In this document: positions 28,778-37,603 of the stretch, one piece after another
Layout of the letters: every line of letters starts with the position of its first letter
Numbering within the stretch: position 1 is the stretch's first letter
Assembly: GCA_964627805.1 (NCBI GenBank)
Contig: CAZVLA010000023.1
Coordinates: 1,993 to 65,992, forward strand
Direction of reading: 5' to 3'
Length of the DNA: 64,000 nt
Origin: an uncultured Desulfurococcaceae archaeon
GTDB taxonomy: Archaea > Thermoproteota > Thermoprotei_A > Sulfolobales > NBVN01
The notes under the pieces: generated by a model
The model's input: only the letters and a program-made list of their open reading frames with translations
Database searches by the model: none
Told to the model about the DNA's origin: nothing
Program-made: the position numbers and the translations under genes

Positions 28778-29056
28778 TCACCACCACGGCCTCCAATACA
28801 TCCATGGAGCTACCGGGTAGTACGGGTAGTACGTAGGTCCGTAGTACGGGGTGCTCCACCAGTAATACCAAGGAGTCCAGGGGTATCCGTACCACCTCAT
28901 AAACCAGCCAGGCATGCCGAATAACCACCAGCAAGAGCCCCTACCGAATAACCAGCCGGGTCTCTGCCATGGTGGTAAGTGACTAAATGGTCCTCTACCT
29001 GGCCATGGACCTACCCAACCACCTCTTCCTCTACCACCTCTCCATCCCCAACCCAT
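28778..29056 (-). CDS. Gly/Trp/Arg/Pro/Tyr-rich small protein (GPWPGRGPFSHLPPWQRPGW motif)
   Basis: RGG-rich N-terminus, a conserved-looking motif, and an aromatic-rich C-terminus. GGTGA RBS and a TTTATTAA TATA-like box upstream. Confidence 0.75.
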   Translation of the reverse strand: MGWGWRGGRGRGGWVGPWPGRGPFSHLPPWQRPGWLFGRGSCWWLFGMPGWFMRWYGYPWTPWYYWWSTPYYGPTYYPYYPVAPWMYWRPWW

Positions 29057-29163
29057 GCTATCACCGTTTCTGTGCTACTGCACAAAAATTAATAAACCTT
29101 ACCCTAAAACACTCATTGAAGCCTAAAGAACCCCCTAGTAAGTGATCCTTATGGAGTTATTAA

Positions 29164-29214
29164 GTGATGAGCCACGAGGCGCCGAACCCGTGAGGTTATG
29201 GGGATGCAGGCTGA
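29164..29214 (+). ncRNA. Box C/D 2'-O-methylation guide sRNA
   Basis: C GTGATGA (29164-29170), guide GCCACGAGGCG, D' CCGA (29182-29185), C'-like TGAGGT (29191-29196), guide TATGGGGATGCAGG, D CTGA (29211-29214). 51 nt, GC-rich, intergenic. Confidence 0.7.
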
Positions 29215-29363
29215 GCGCTGACCTAGGACTTAAGTCTAAGTAACCTAACTTTTCTAGAGCATCTCTTTATTCGGTTAGAATTTCTAACCTACTTCAATCG
29301 ATATATTAAGCTTATTATTTACGAAAGAAACCTAGTAATAGAGGTGTTGGTGTGTGGGGATAA

Positions 29364-29816
29364 GTGTGTTGTTTGGGGGTGATGGATATGCTCGATAGTA
29401 AGGATCTAAAAATAATTGAGATACTACGTGAGGATGGTAGAGCTACTTATACTAAGATAGCTCGTGAGTTAGGTATTAGTGATGTAGCTGCCCTAAAGAG
29501 GATTAAGAGGTTAGAGAGGTTAGGCGTTATTAAGAGGTACACGGTTGTTTTAGATCCTAAGAAGTTAGGCTATAACGCAGTATCCATTACTGGGTTAGAC
29601 ATCGAGCCCGAATACCTATTCTCGGTAATATCGGAGCTTAAGAAGAAGGACTACGTAAAGTACCTAGCACTAACTACTGGAGACCACGCAGTAGTTATGG
29701 TTATATGGGCTAGGGATAATGAGGAGTTGAGTAGGATACATGACGAGTTAAGTAAGATGCCGGGTGTTAAGAGGGTATGTCCAGCAGTACTTCTCGATAT
29801 TATAAAAGAGTCTTAA
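29364..29816 (+). CDS. Lrp/AsnC-family transcriptional regulator (true start probably ATG 29382 or 29388)
   Basis: LDSKDLKIIEILREDGRATYTKIARELGIS...RIKRLERLGVIKRY and a C-terminal RAM domain (TTGDHAVV). Confidence 0.92.
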   Translation: MCCLGVMDMLDSKDLKIIEILREDGRATYTKIARELGISDVAALKRIKRLERLGVIKRYTVVLDPKKLGYNAVSITGLDIEPEYLFSVISELKKKDYVKYLALTTGDHAVVMVIWARDNEELSRIHDELSKMPGVKRVCPAVLLDIIKES

Positions 29817-31279
29817 TCCTTAAATCCCCTAACTATGGATACTAGGATAAAGCCTACTAAACCCGCTAGGAGTGCTGGTGGTGCTGCTATGTATATAGCG
29901 TCCCAGACACCCCACTCGAAATCACCCTCAACAGCTACGCAGTGAGGTAGTACTAGAGTCGTTAGGGCTACCCATACCGCTAAGTTAATCACTACTGAAG
30001 CTAAGGCACCCTCCCTGGTAGCTCTCCTCCAGTAAAGCCCTAGTATGAAGGGTATGCCCTGAACCATCAGTATTAACTCCCAGCTAAGGTTCATTAGGAA
30101 GTATATGGTCTTAGCATACAGCGCTATAGCTAGTGACGTAAGTGTTATTACAGGTACTAAAGCCCTAGCGATGATTAACTTACTCCTCTCACTAATACCT
30201 GGCCTAATCTTAGGTAGTACGTTATTAACGATCATTGTTGACGGTATTAACATAGCACTATCAGTACTACTCATTAAAGCAGCTAGTAAGCCCACCGTGA
30301 ATATCACGAACGGGACCGTAGGTAGTAGCTTAAGTGCTAGGGTAGGTAGTATCTCGTCTGGATTACCTATATTAGGTACTACTAACCTACCGAAGATACC
30401 TATAGTAGCTGGTACTAAACCAAGTAGTACGTAAGTGAAGCCAGCCATCAATGACGCGTACTTACTAACCCTCTCATTCTTAGCTGATAAAGCCCTCTGA
30501 ACTAAGTCCTGACAGGATAGTGACCCAATACCCTGTACTAACCATGAGGATATGTAGAAGGCAGCTCCGAAGAGCCCCACATAACCTAAGTAGCCCCAGT
30601 TACTCTTAGGTAGTATTGAGAAGGAGTCTAGAGGTATCTTAGACCCCACAACACCTAAGCCACCAGCAGCTGCTACAGTGAACGGTAGTAGAATCACTAT
30701 ACCAATCATTAGTAGTATTGATTGGAAGAAGTCAGTAAGTGCTACTGACCACATACCACCTAAGGTAGTGTATGCTAGAGTTACTAAGGTACCTATAATG
30801 AGTCCCTCCTCGTAAGGTACCCCAAGGAACACCTTGAATATGGTCCCGAAGGTAACCATTAAGGCACCCATCCACCCCATGTAAGCTATTACTTGAATCA
30901 CGGCTGATATTAACTCCATTGATGTACCGTACCTCTCCCTAAAGAAGTCTGATATAGTCATGTAGCCCCTCCTCCTCAATTCACTAGCGAAGAATAGCCC
31001 GAAGAGTATGATGCATAACCCAGCACCTATTGGGTCCATAATGACGCCTCTATAGCCGTAGGAGTAAGCCATTGAAGCACCGCCCATAGCGAGTCCAGTA
31101 CCGAACCAAGTAGCTAGTATGGTACCGTACGTTAGTGCTAACCCCAACCTCCTACCAGCTACTATGTAGTCAGTAATGCCTTTAATCCTCCTAGAGGCTA
31201 ACCAACCAATTATTAAAGTAGCTATTATGTAAGCTACTACACCACCTAAAGCTAACTCAACCTTACCCATCACGACCAC
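29813..31279 (-). CDS. Sodium:solute symporter (SLC5/SSS) family transporter
   Basis: DYIVAGRRLG, LATWFG, TISDFFRERYG, YTTLGGMWSVALTDFFQ, QDLVQRALSAK, AALMSSTDS. Confidence 0.92.
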   Translation of the reverse strand: MVVMGKVELALGGVVAYIIATLIIGWLASRRIKGITDYIVAGRRLGLALTYGTILATWFGTGLAMGGASMAYSYGYRGVIMDPIGAGLCIILFGLFFASELRRRGYMTISDFFRERYGTSMELISAVIQVIAYMGWMGALMVTFGTIFKVFLGVPYEEGLIIGTLVTLAYTTLGGMWSVALTDFFQSILLMIGIVILLPFTVAAAGGLGVVGSKIPLDSFSILPKSNWGYLGYVGLFGAAFYISSWLVQGIGSLSCQDLVQRALSAKNERVSKYASLMAGFTYVLLGLVPATIGIFGRLVVPNIGNPDEILPTLALKLLPTVPFVIFTVGLLAALMSSTDSAMLIPSTMIVNNVLPKIRPGISERSKLIIARALVPVITLTSLAIALYAKTIYFLMNLSWELILMVQGIPFILGLYWRRATREGALASVVINLAVWVALTTLVLPHCVAVEGDFEWGVWDAIYIAAPPALLAGLVGFILVSIVRGFKD

Positions 31280-32591
31280 CCCCTAACTTAACTAATGAGT
31301 TAATCCTTTCCCTAATGGAGAGTGCATGACCTGAAAAACCTTCGTAATTAGCTATTAACTCACTAACCCTACCTACCTTAAGTAGCCCATCCCTACTTAC
31401 GTAAGCTACTTCAACGAACTTAATGAAGTCATAGACACTCAACCCACCCCTAACCCTAGCCCAGCCACTCGTAGGTAGTACGTGGTTAGTCCCTAAGCTA
31501 TAGTCACTTAACGCAGTACATGCTAACTCACCAATAGTTACTGAACCAACATTAACTAACTTACTGAGTACGTAGGGTACGTCCTCGGGCTTCACAATAA
31601 CCTCGAGGTGCTCTGGAGCGTACTCATTAATGAATTCAATAGCTTCCTTAAGGTCATTAGTAACTAGTACGAAGCCCCTACTACTTAATGACTTCCTAGC
31701 AGTTAATCCCCTATCCTTAGGTAACTCATTAATTACCTCCTCAATACACTTAACAACCTCCCTAGCTAATGAATCCGAAGTAGTTACTAACGCAGCCGTA
31801 GCTAATTCATCGTGCTCAGCCTGAGCAACCATATCTAAAGCTACTAACTTAGGATTGACTGATTCATCAGCAAGTACTACAACCTCTGAAGGACCTGCAA
31901 TCATGTCGATATCTACAACCCCCTTAACTAAGTACTTAGCAGTAGTAACCCAGGAACCACCGGGGCCCACGATCTTAGCTACTCTAGGTACTGATTCAGT
32001 ACCGTAAGCCATAGCAGCTACTGCGTGAGCACCACCTAACCTATAGACCTCCCTAACACCTACTAAGTCAAGAGCTACTAAGACCGCGGGATCTACGGAT
32101 CCATCCCTACCCCTAGGTGGTGTACACACCACTACCTTAGGTACGCCAGCAACTACGGCAGGTACTGAAGTCATTATAGCTGTTGATGGGTAGGGTGCCT
32201 TACCGCCGGGTACGTAAATACCTACGGACTCTACGGTCCTTACTAAGTAACCTACGTAGAAACCTCCTAAGTCATTAATTACTAACTCCTTAGGTAGTAT
32301 ACTACGCTGAACCTCCCTTAAGTTCTGAATAGCTACTTCTAAGGCATTAACTAATGAGTTACTCACTAAGTCGTAGGCCTTAAGGAACTCACCCTCAGTA
32401 ACCCTTAAATCCACATCACCCTCAATACCGTAGAAGTCCCTTAGGAATTCCCTTAAGCACTCGTCACCCCTAAACCTAACGCAGTTAATTACATCCTCAA
32501 CCTTCCTAATTAACTCCTCACTAATTACCTCCCTCCTAACTAACTCCCTAATGCCGTCCCTCCCTAACTCATTAAGCCTTATAATCCTCAC
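31263..32591 (-). CDS. hisD: Histidinol dehydrogenase family protein
   Basis: [61 protein letters not shown]. Confidence 0.9.
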   Translation of the reverse strand: MRIIRLNELGRDGIRELVRREVISEELIRKVEDVINCVRFRGDECLREFLRDFYGIEGDVDLRVTEGEFLKAYDLVSNSLVNALEVAIQNLREVQRSILPKELVINDLGGFYVGYLVRTVESVGIYVPGGKAPYPSTAIMTSVPAVVAGVPKVVVCTPPRGRDGSVDPAVLVALDLVGVREVYRLGGAHAVAAMAYGTESVPRVAKIVGPGGSWVTTAKYLVKGVVDIDMIAGPSEVVVLADESVNPKLVALDMVAQAEHDELATAALVTTSDSLAREVVKCIEEVINELPKDRGLTARKSLSSRGFVLVTNDLKEAIEFINEYAPEHLEVIVKPEDVPYVLSKLVNVGSVTIGELACTALSDYSLGTNHVLPTSGWARVRGGLSVYDFIKFVEVAYVSRDGLLKVGRVSELIANYEGFSGHALSIRERINSLVKLGGGRDG

Positions 32592-32792
32592 TAAGCTGTC
32601 TTGACTCCTTATGAATCAAGACACCCCCACCTCCTCAAGTACGTCCCTAATACTTTCAGAACCCTAGAATCACTTACTACCTCACTACCTAATCCGTAGG
32701 TTCTAGGAGGTACCTCAGTGAACCATATCACCTACCCTCGCCTTAGAAGTACTTGGCGGGGTTAATAAGCTTTAATCGGCTGTACCTAAATG

Positions 32793-32821
32793 GTTAATGA
32801 AGGAATTTCGACTTCATTAAC
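32793..32821. repeat. Perfect 10-bp inverted repeat GTTAATGAAG-N9-CTTCATTAAC
   Basis: Read directly in the hisD/antiporter divergent intergenic region. Confidence 0.7.
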
Positions 32822-32901
32822 ATAATTATTGGAAACAATTTCATCTATTACTACTAGTTAATCGAACATATCTCACCATACACCGACATCACATATCTAG
32901 G

Positions 32902-32942
32902 TATTTACTATTAATTAGCTAAGCTTAATAACTTAGTAAATA
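32902..32942. repeat. 9-bp inverted repeat TATTTACTA-N23-TAGTAAATA
   Basis: Read directly, about 60 nt upstream of the antiporter start; AT-rich, so it may be chance. Confidence 0.45.
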
Positions 32943-33001
32943 GTTATGTTATGTCAGCTTAAAAATTACTACATAATTAATTCTAGGCGTGGCGGTAAGT
33001 A

Positions 33002-34243
33002 ATGCCAGGGACTGAGGAACTAGTATACTCAGTATTCCTAGCGTTCGGGCTTGCGTTGACGGTAGGTAAGCTTATGGAGGAGCTATTCTCTAGGTTAGGG
33101 ACCCCACCAGTACTTGGGGACTTACTAGCTGGTCTCATACTAGGTAGTACCCTACTCGGTATATACCCAACTAACGACGTAGTTAGGTCACTCTCTTGGT
33201 TCGGTATAAGCCTACTACTGTTCTATGCGGGACTCGAGACTAGGTATAGTGAGTTCATGAGGAGCTTACCCACCTACGGAGCTATAACCGTTGGTGAGGT
33301 AGTAGCTGCTTTCGGGCTTGGTTACTTAGTAGGTATTGCATTCGGTTACGGACCGGGTAGGGCTTACTTCGTAGGTACTATATTAGTAGCTACGAGCGTT
33401 AGCTTATCAGTTAGGACCTTAATCGAGATAGGTAAGCTAACCAGTATTGAGGGTAAGACGATATTAGGTATTGCGGTACTCGATGACTTAGCGGCACTGA
33501 TAGTCATAGTCGCTGGTGCTTCAATAGCTCAGAAAGGTACTTTAGACCCAGTGAGCTTCTTCAGGGAGATAGCTATTGCTTTGGTTGCTTGGTACGTAAC
33601 CTTAGTAGCTCTACATAAGGCTAGTAACTACGTAGTTAAGTTAGCTAGGAGCTTAAGGGTTGAGGGTGCCTTATTCTCACTCATGCTAGGTATATTCGCT
33701 GTACTGGCCTTCGTGATTAAGTACGTAGGCATTTCCTACTTAGTGGTAGCTTACGCGTCTGGACTGGCATTCTCCGAAGCTAGAGGTATTAGGAGGGTAG
33801 CTGAGAGTGTTAGGTCATTAGCCCTACCATTCTCCGTACTATTCTTCATGACTACAGCAGCAGTAATTAACATAAGATCAGCGATAAACCCGCACTACGT
33901 ACCTTTCTACGTAGCTATGGTCTCCATGGCGTTCCTAGGTAAGTTAATGGGTGGTGGATTCACTTCATTCCTAGTGGGTTACCCAGCAAGAGCGGCCCTT
34001 AGGGTCGGTGTCGGGTTATTCCCTAGAGCTGAGTTCTGCATCGTAGCTGCTTACTTCGCCTACATGCACCACATCCTAGGTCCTGAAGCCTACTTAGCGG
34101 CCCTACTCATAACATTAACTACGAACTTCCTAACACCGCCACTACTTAAGGTAGTATTCCTTAGGGGCCCAGAGACTAAGGAGGTTAGGCCTAGGCTTAA
34201 GTCATTAATTAGGAGGTTGAGGGGGAGGGGTGGGGGTAATTAA
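33002..34243 (+). CDS. Cation:proton antiporter (CPA2 family)
   Basis: PPVLGDLLAGLILG, LLFYAGLE, ATSVSLSV, IAVLDDL, GLFPRAEF; about 12 TM helices. Confidence 0.9.
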   Translation: MPGTEELVYSVFLAFGLALTVGKLMEELFSRLGTPPVLGDLLAGLILGSTLLGIYPTNDVVRSLSWFGISLLLFYAGLETRYSEFMRSLPTYGAITVGEVVAAFGLGYLVGIAFGYGPGRAYFVGTILVATSVSLSVRTLIEIGKLTSIEGKTILGIAVLDDLAALIVIVAGASIAQKGTLDPVSFFREIAIALVAWYVTLVALHKASNYVVKLARSLRVEGALFSLMLGIFAVLAFVIKYVGISYLVVAYASGLAFSEARGIRRVAESVRSLALPFSVLFFMTTAAVINIRSAINPHYVPFYVAMVSMAFLGKLMGGGFTSFLVGYPARAALRVGVGLFPRAEFCIVAAYFAYMHHILGPEAYLAALLITLTTNFLTPPLLKVVFLRGPETKEVRPRLKSLIRRLRGRGGGN

Positions 34244-34277
34244 GCTTAAGACCCCCTCAAGAAATTCTTAGGAGGAG

Positions 34278-34841
34278 GTGTTGCTTTTGAGTCAAGAACC
34301 ACTCCCTAATGCGTTAGTTAGGGGGGCTGAGAAGGTACTTTCTATGAAGTTAAGGGACTTCGTTAGGTTGTTTAAGGACTTAATACCTCCGTTTGATTAC
34401 GTGATGGAGGATGACCCCCTAGAGGAGGTTCTTAAGCTTCTCTTCGGGGGTAAGCACTACATAATAGTTCTTGACCGTAGGGGTAGGTTGAAGGGGTTGA
34501 TAACGTACATAGATTTAGTGACGCTATTTAGTAAAGCAGCTATTAAGTCAGCACAGCACGCCTTCGGTAGCTTACGTGAGTTACTCAAGAGTGCGGGGGT
34601 CTCGATAGGTACTCACGGTGAGATACTGGCTGGTGACTTAATGGAGAGGCTACCTCATTGGGTATTCATTGATGAGACTGTTGAGGACGCCATAGACTTA
34701 ATGCATAGGGATAGGTGCTACCACGCAGTAATTAGGGATAAGGAGGGTATGGTTTACGGAGTAATAACCTACCACTCAATATTCAGAGCAATTGTTCGGG
34801 AGGCAGGTATTTACCTCCCTCAGGAGCAAATACATCAGTAA
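34278..34841 (+). CDS. CBS-pair (Bateman) domain protein
   Basis: VLDRRGRLKGLITYIDL and VIRDKEGMVYGVITYHSI CBS motifs. Confidence 0.8.
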   Translation: MLLLSQEPLPNALVRGAEKVLSMKLRDFVRLFKDLIPPFDYVMEDDPLEEVLKLLFGGKHYIIVLDRRGRLKGLITYIDLVTLFSKAAIKSAQHAFGSLRELLKSAGVSIGTHGEILAGDLMERLPHWVFIDETVEDAIDLMHRDRCYHAVIRDKEGMVYGVITYHSIFRAIVREAGIYLPQEQIHQ

Positions 34842-34861
34842 TTAAAAACAACGTATTTAAG

Positions 34862-35167
34862 TTACTTAGAAGCTACGCCTACTCTTACGTAGTCACCGTC
34901 GTTAATCACAATGACTACCTTATCACTAGACTCAATCCTTAACTCCTCAAAGCACTTACCACCTACCTCCCCAACAACACCCTCAGCTACTGAAGCTAGC
35001 ACGGTTACGTACTTAGCTACCTTACCCATACTGAAAGGTGGTGTAGGTTTAGTAACTACAGCATCTATTACCTCAGCACCCTTCTTAGACACTATGAATA
35101 CAGCCTCTAAATTATCCGGTATTAAGGATGCGTGAGTACCTACTACCTCACTACTCACTACAGCCAA
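34862..35167 (-). CDS. Roadblock/LC7 (MglB)-like small protein
   Basis: Pattern beta(AVFIVS)-KKG-beta(EVIDA)-long helix-beta(FEELRIES)-beta(KVVIVIN)-beta(YVRVGVA) fits the roadblock fold. Confidence 0.5.
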   Translation of the reverse strand: MAVVSSEVVGTHASLIPDNLEAVFIVSKKGAEVIDAVVTKPTPPFSMGKVAKYVTVLASVAEGVVGEVGGKCFEELRIESSDKVVIVINDGDYVRVGVASK

Positions 35168-35275
35168 GGAACCTTCACCGAGGTAGAGGCTAATACGAAG
35201 TAACCTTAAAAGAACGGAACCTAACTAGCTGGTATTCACTTTAAAAGTAAGCGCCTTAATGCAGTAATTAATTAG

Positions 35276-35875
35276 GTGTTACGTGGGTTGGGGAGGGGCT
35301 TAGTACGTGTTATTGAGGAGTTAGTTAAGAACGTAATGAGTAAGGACCCGGTCCATGGGTACCCTCACGTACTTCGTGTTAGGGACTTAGCCTTATGGAT
35401 AGCTAGTAAGTATGAGGGGGTCGATAAGGAAGCACTAGAAATAGCTGCCCTCCTACACGACATAGCTAGGAACTCATCAGCTAGGTCAGAACACGCTATG
35501 AAGTCGGCTAAGGTGGCTGAGTCGTTGCTTAAGGCTATGGGCTACCCAGAGAGTAAGATTAGGTTAGTTACTGAGGCAATAGCAACTCACTCATACTCAG
35601 GTGGTGGTGAGCCTAAGTCATTAGAGGCTAAGATACTGAGTGACGCCGATAAGCTAGACGCGTTAGGTGCTGTAGGTATTGCTAGGGTACTCATGTACTC
35701 AGCCTACGTAGGTAGGGGGTTTGAGGGGTCGATCGAGCACTTCAAGTCCAAGATACTTAACCTACCTAAACTCATGAGGACTGAAGTAGGTAGGGAGGAG
35801 GCCTTGAGGAGGGTTAAGTACGTTGAGGAATTCGTTAAGGAACTTGAGGAGGAGTTAAGGCTTAAATCAAGTTAG
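35276..35875 (+). CDS. HD-domain phosphohydrolase
   Basis: HGYPHVLRV, AALLHDI, EHA, IATHS, SDADKLDALGAVGIAR. Confidence 0.9.
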   Translation: MLRGLGRGLVRVIEELVKNVMSKDPVHGYPHVLRVRDLALWIASKYEGVDKEALEIAALLHDIARNSSARSEHAMKSAKVAESLLKAMGYPESKIRLVTEAIATHSYSGGGEPKSLEAKILSDADKLDALGAVGIARVLMYSAYVGRGFEGSIEHFKSKILNLPKLMRTEVGREEALRRVKYVEEFVKELEEELRLKSS

Positions 35876-36407
35876 TTAACTTACCTCCCTTCCTAAGTAA
35901 CTCACGGTACCTCCTAACTAACTCCTCAACCTCATTAAGTACGTCCTCATCCTTAATGTCTGAGTCCCTATCCTCGAGTTCCTCCCTAACCGATAGTAGG
36001 AACTTATTAACGTACTCATTAAGTACGTCCCTATACCTCCTTAACTTATCAATATCGATATTAGTGCTAGGGTCTAGGTCCTTAAGCCTCATGAAGCATG
36101 CATCGAGTTGCGATAACGCGCCACTTAAGTTCATTATTAAGGTCCTTATATGCTCCATAGCGTCCCTCAGTAGTAATCTGTAGTGTAGGTACCTACTCTC
36201 AACCTTCATTAACCTATACCTTATATCCCAGAACTCCCTATCATCGACCTTACCGAAGCTCTTCTCTAGGTTCCAGTACCTATAACCCTTCTTAATGAGT
36301 GAGGAAATAGCCTCACCTAAGTCATTAATACCTTCAGAATTCATGTAGTAGCGGATTAGCTCAAGAACATCATCACTTAACTTAAAGTCATTACCCCGCC
36401 TAAACAA
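35862..36407 (-). CDS. Hypothetical protein: ribbon-helix-helix-like N-terminus plus coiled coil
   Basis: FKLSDDVLELIRYYM...LGEAISSLIKKG followed by heptad-rich helices. Confidence 0.55.
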   Translation of the reverse strand: MFRRGNDFKLSDDVLELIRYYMNSEGINDLGEAISSLIKKGYRYWNLEKSFGKVDDREFWDIRYRLMKVESRYLHYRLLLRDAMEHIRTLIMNLSGALSQLDACFMRLKDLDPSTNIDIDKLRRYRDVLNEYVNKFLLSVREELEDRDSDIKDEDVLNEVEELVRRYRELLRKGGKLTNLI

Positions 36408-36620
36408 CCCCTAACACCCCAGCTATAGTAAACCACAGCATTAATACGGGTTCGGTCTAGTAGTACCTATTGAGGGAGGTGTTATTGAGTCCCTAAACTC
36501 GACCGACTTACGCATTCTGTACGAGGTTTATTACGCTTAACCGTAAGTAAGTACTTGGTCGGGGAGTAGTAACTCAGCAACGGGAGCGACACCTGCTAAC
36601 GTAGGAAGTAGTTAAGTGGG

Positions 36621-36848
36621 GTGATTCAAGTGAGGATACCGTGGAGGAACATAGGTAACGGCAACCTAAAGTGTCCCAGATGCGGGGGGCGCCTTGAGTA
36701 CATGGTCGAGAAGGAGAGCGGAACCAACGGTGTTAGGACTGTAAGGTACGTGGTAAGGTGTAGGTACTGCGGCTATAGGGCAATAGTTCAGGAGGTTGAG
36801 ATGAGGAAGGCCCCCCGAGGGGAGGTGGTCGTAAGGAGAATAAAGTGA
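36621..36848 (+). CDS. Small zinc-ribbon protein
   Basis: CPRCG ... CRYCG pair. Confidence 0.7.
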   Translation: MIQVRIPWRNIGNGNLKCPRCGGRLEYMVEKESGTNGVRTVRYVVRCRYCGYRAIVQEVEMRKAPRGEVVVRRIK

Positions 36849-36865
36849 TTTTTAATTACTTGCTA

Positions 36866-37603
36866 TTAAGTAACTACGGTCGCTATCTCCTCAAACATAA
36901 TCATTAGGTGGAGCGGGGGCATTAGTAGGGTTAGCCCGCCGAACTTATGTGAGGTGTACTCACTAAGTACATTAACTAACCTACCATCACTTAAGTACTC
37001 ACTAATTAATGACTTAATGAACTTCCTATACTTACTTAAGTTAGTTATGAGTGAGTATGAAGCTAATAGTAAGGTAGCCATTAAGTCCCAACACTTAATC
37101 GTTGGGTCCTCAGTCCTTACTGCTTGTTCAGCATCAATTACGTATATCACTCCATCACTACCTACTATGAAGTTAGTTGGTTTAACATCACCTAATGCGT
37201 AGCCCTTAGAGTGTATCTCCCTTAACGCACTACCTAAGAGCTTAGGTGCTTCCTCAGCCCTATAATCTAGTGGGTCACCAACTACGTACTCCCTAATAAG
37301 TTCTAACTTACCCTCATCGTAAGTAAGTATCTTAGGTACCCCTAAACCACTCCATGACTGACTAAGGAACTCAACCTCACGCCTCATCCTCTCCCTAGGC
37401 TCTAGAGTGAAGGGGTATATCGACCTAAGGAAGATAGCTGGTGGTAACCACTTAATAATACCTACTTCCTTACCGTACCTCTTCCTAACGTACTTACGAT
37501 CATCTATAGTGACTAGCTCAGCTTGGGAAATGAGCTTATCTATTACGTAAGCACCGCCGAACGCCTCCCTTAAGTTCCTAAGTAGTGGCTCAAGAACCTT
37601 CAA
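36866..37603 (-). CDS. Protein-kinase-like (RIO/Bud32/Kdo-like) phosphotransferase
   Basis: VRKRY (beta3 Lys), REVEFL (alphaC Glu), EYVVG, catalytic loop HSKGYALGDVKPTN, IDAE in place of DFG. Confidence 0.75.
   Translation of the reverse strand: MKVLEPLLRNLREAFGGAYVIDKLISQAELVTIDDRKYVRKRYGKEVGIIKWLPPAIFLRSIYPFTLEPRERMRREVEFLSQSWSGLGVPKILTYDEGKLELIREYVVGDPLDYRAEEAPKLLGSALREIHSKGYALGDVKPTNFIVGSDGVIYVIDAEQAVRTEDPTIKCWDLMATLLLASYSLITNLSKYRKFIKSLISEYLSDGRLVNVLSEYTSHKFGGLTLLMPPLHLMIMFEEIATVVT

Noticed and set aside
28662-28934. 90-aa minus-strand ORF overlapping the low-complexity operon
   Set aside because: Alternative frame of 28532-28774 and 28778-29056, which have RBSs and coupled stop/start junctions.
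32607-32729. Possible 40-codon minus-strand ORF (MIWFTEVPPRTYG...) upstream of hisD; coordinates approximate
   Set aside because: Too short, with no recognisable motif; cannot be supported without expression data.
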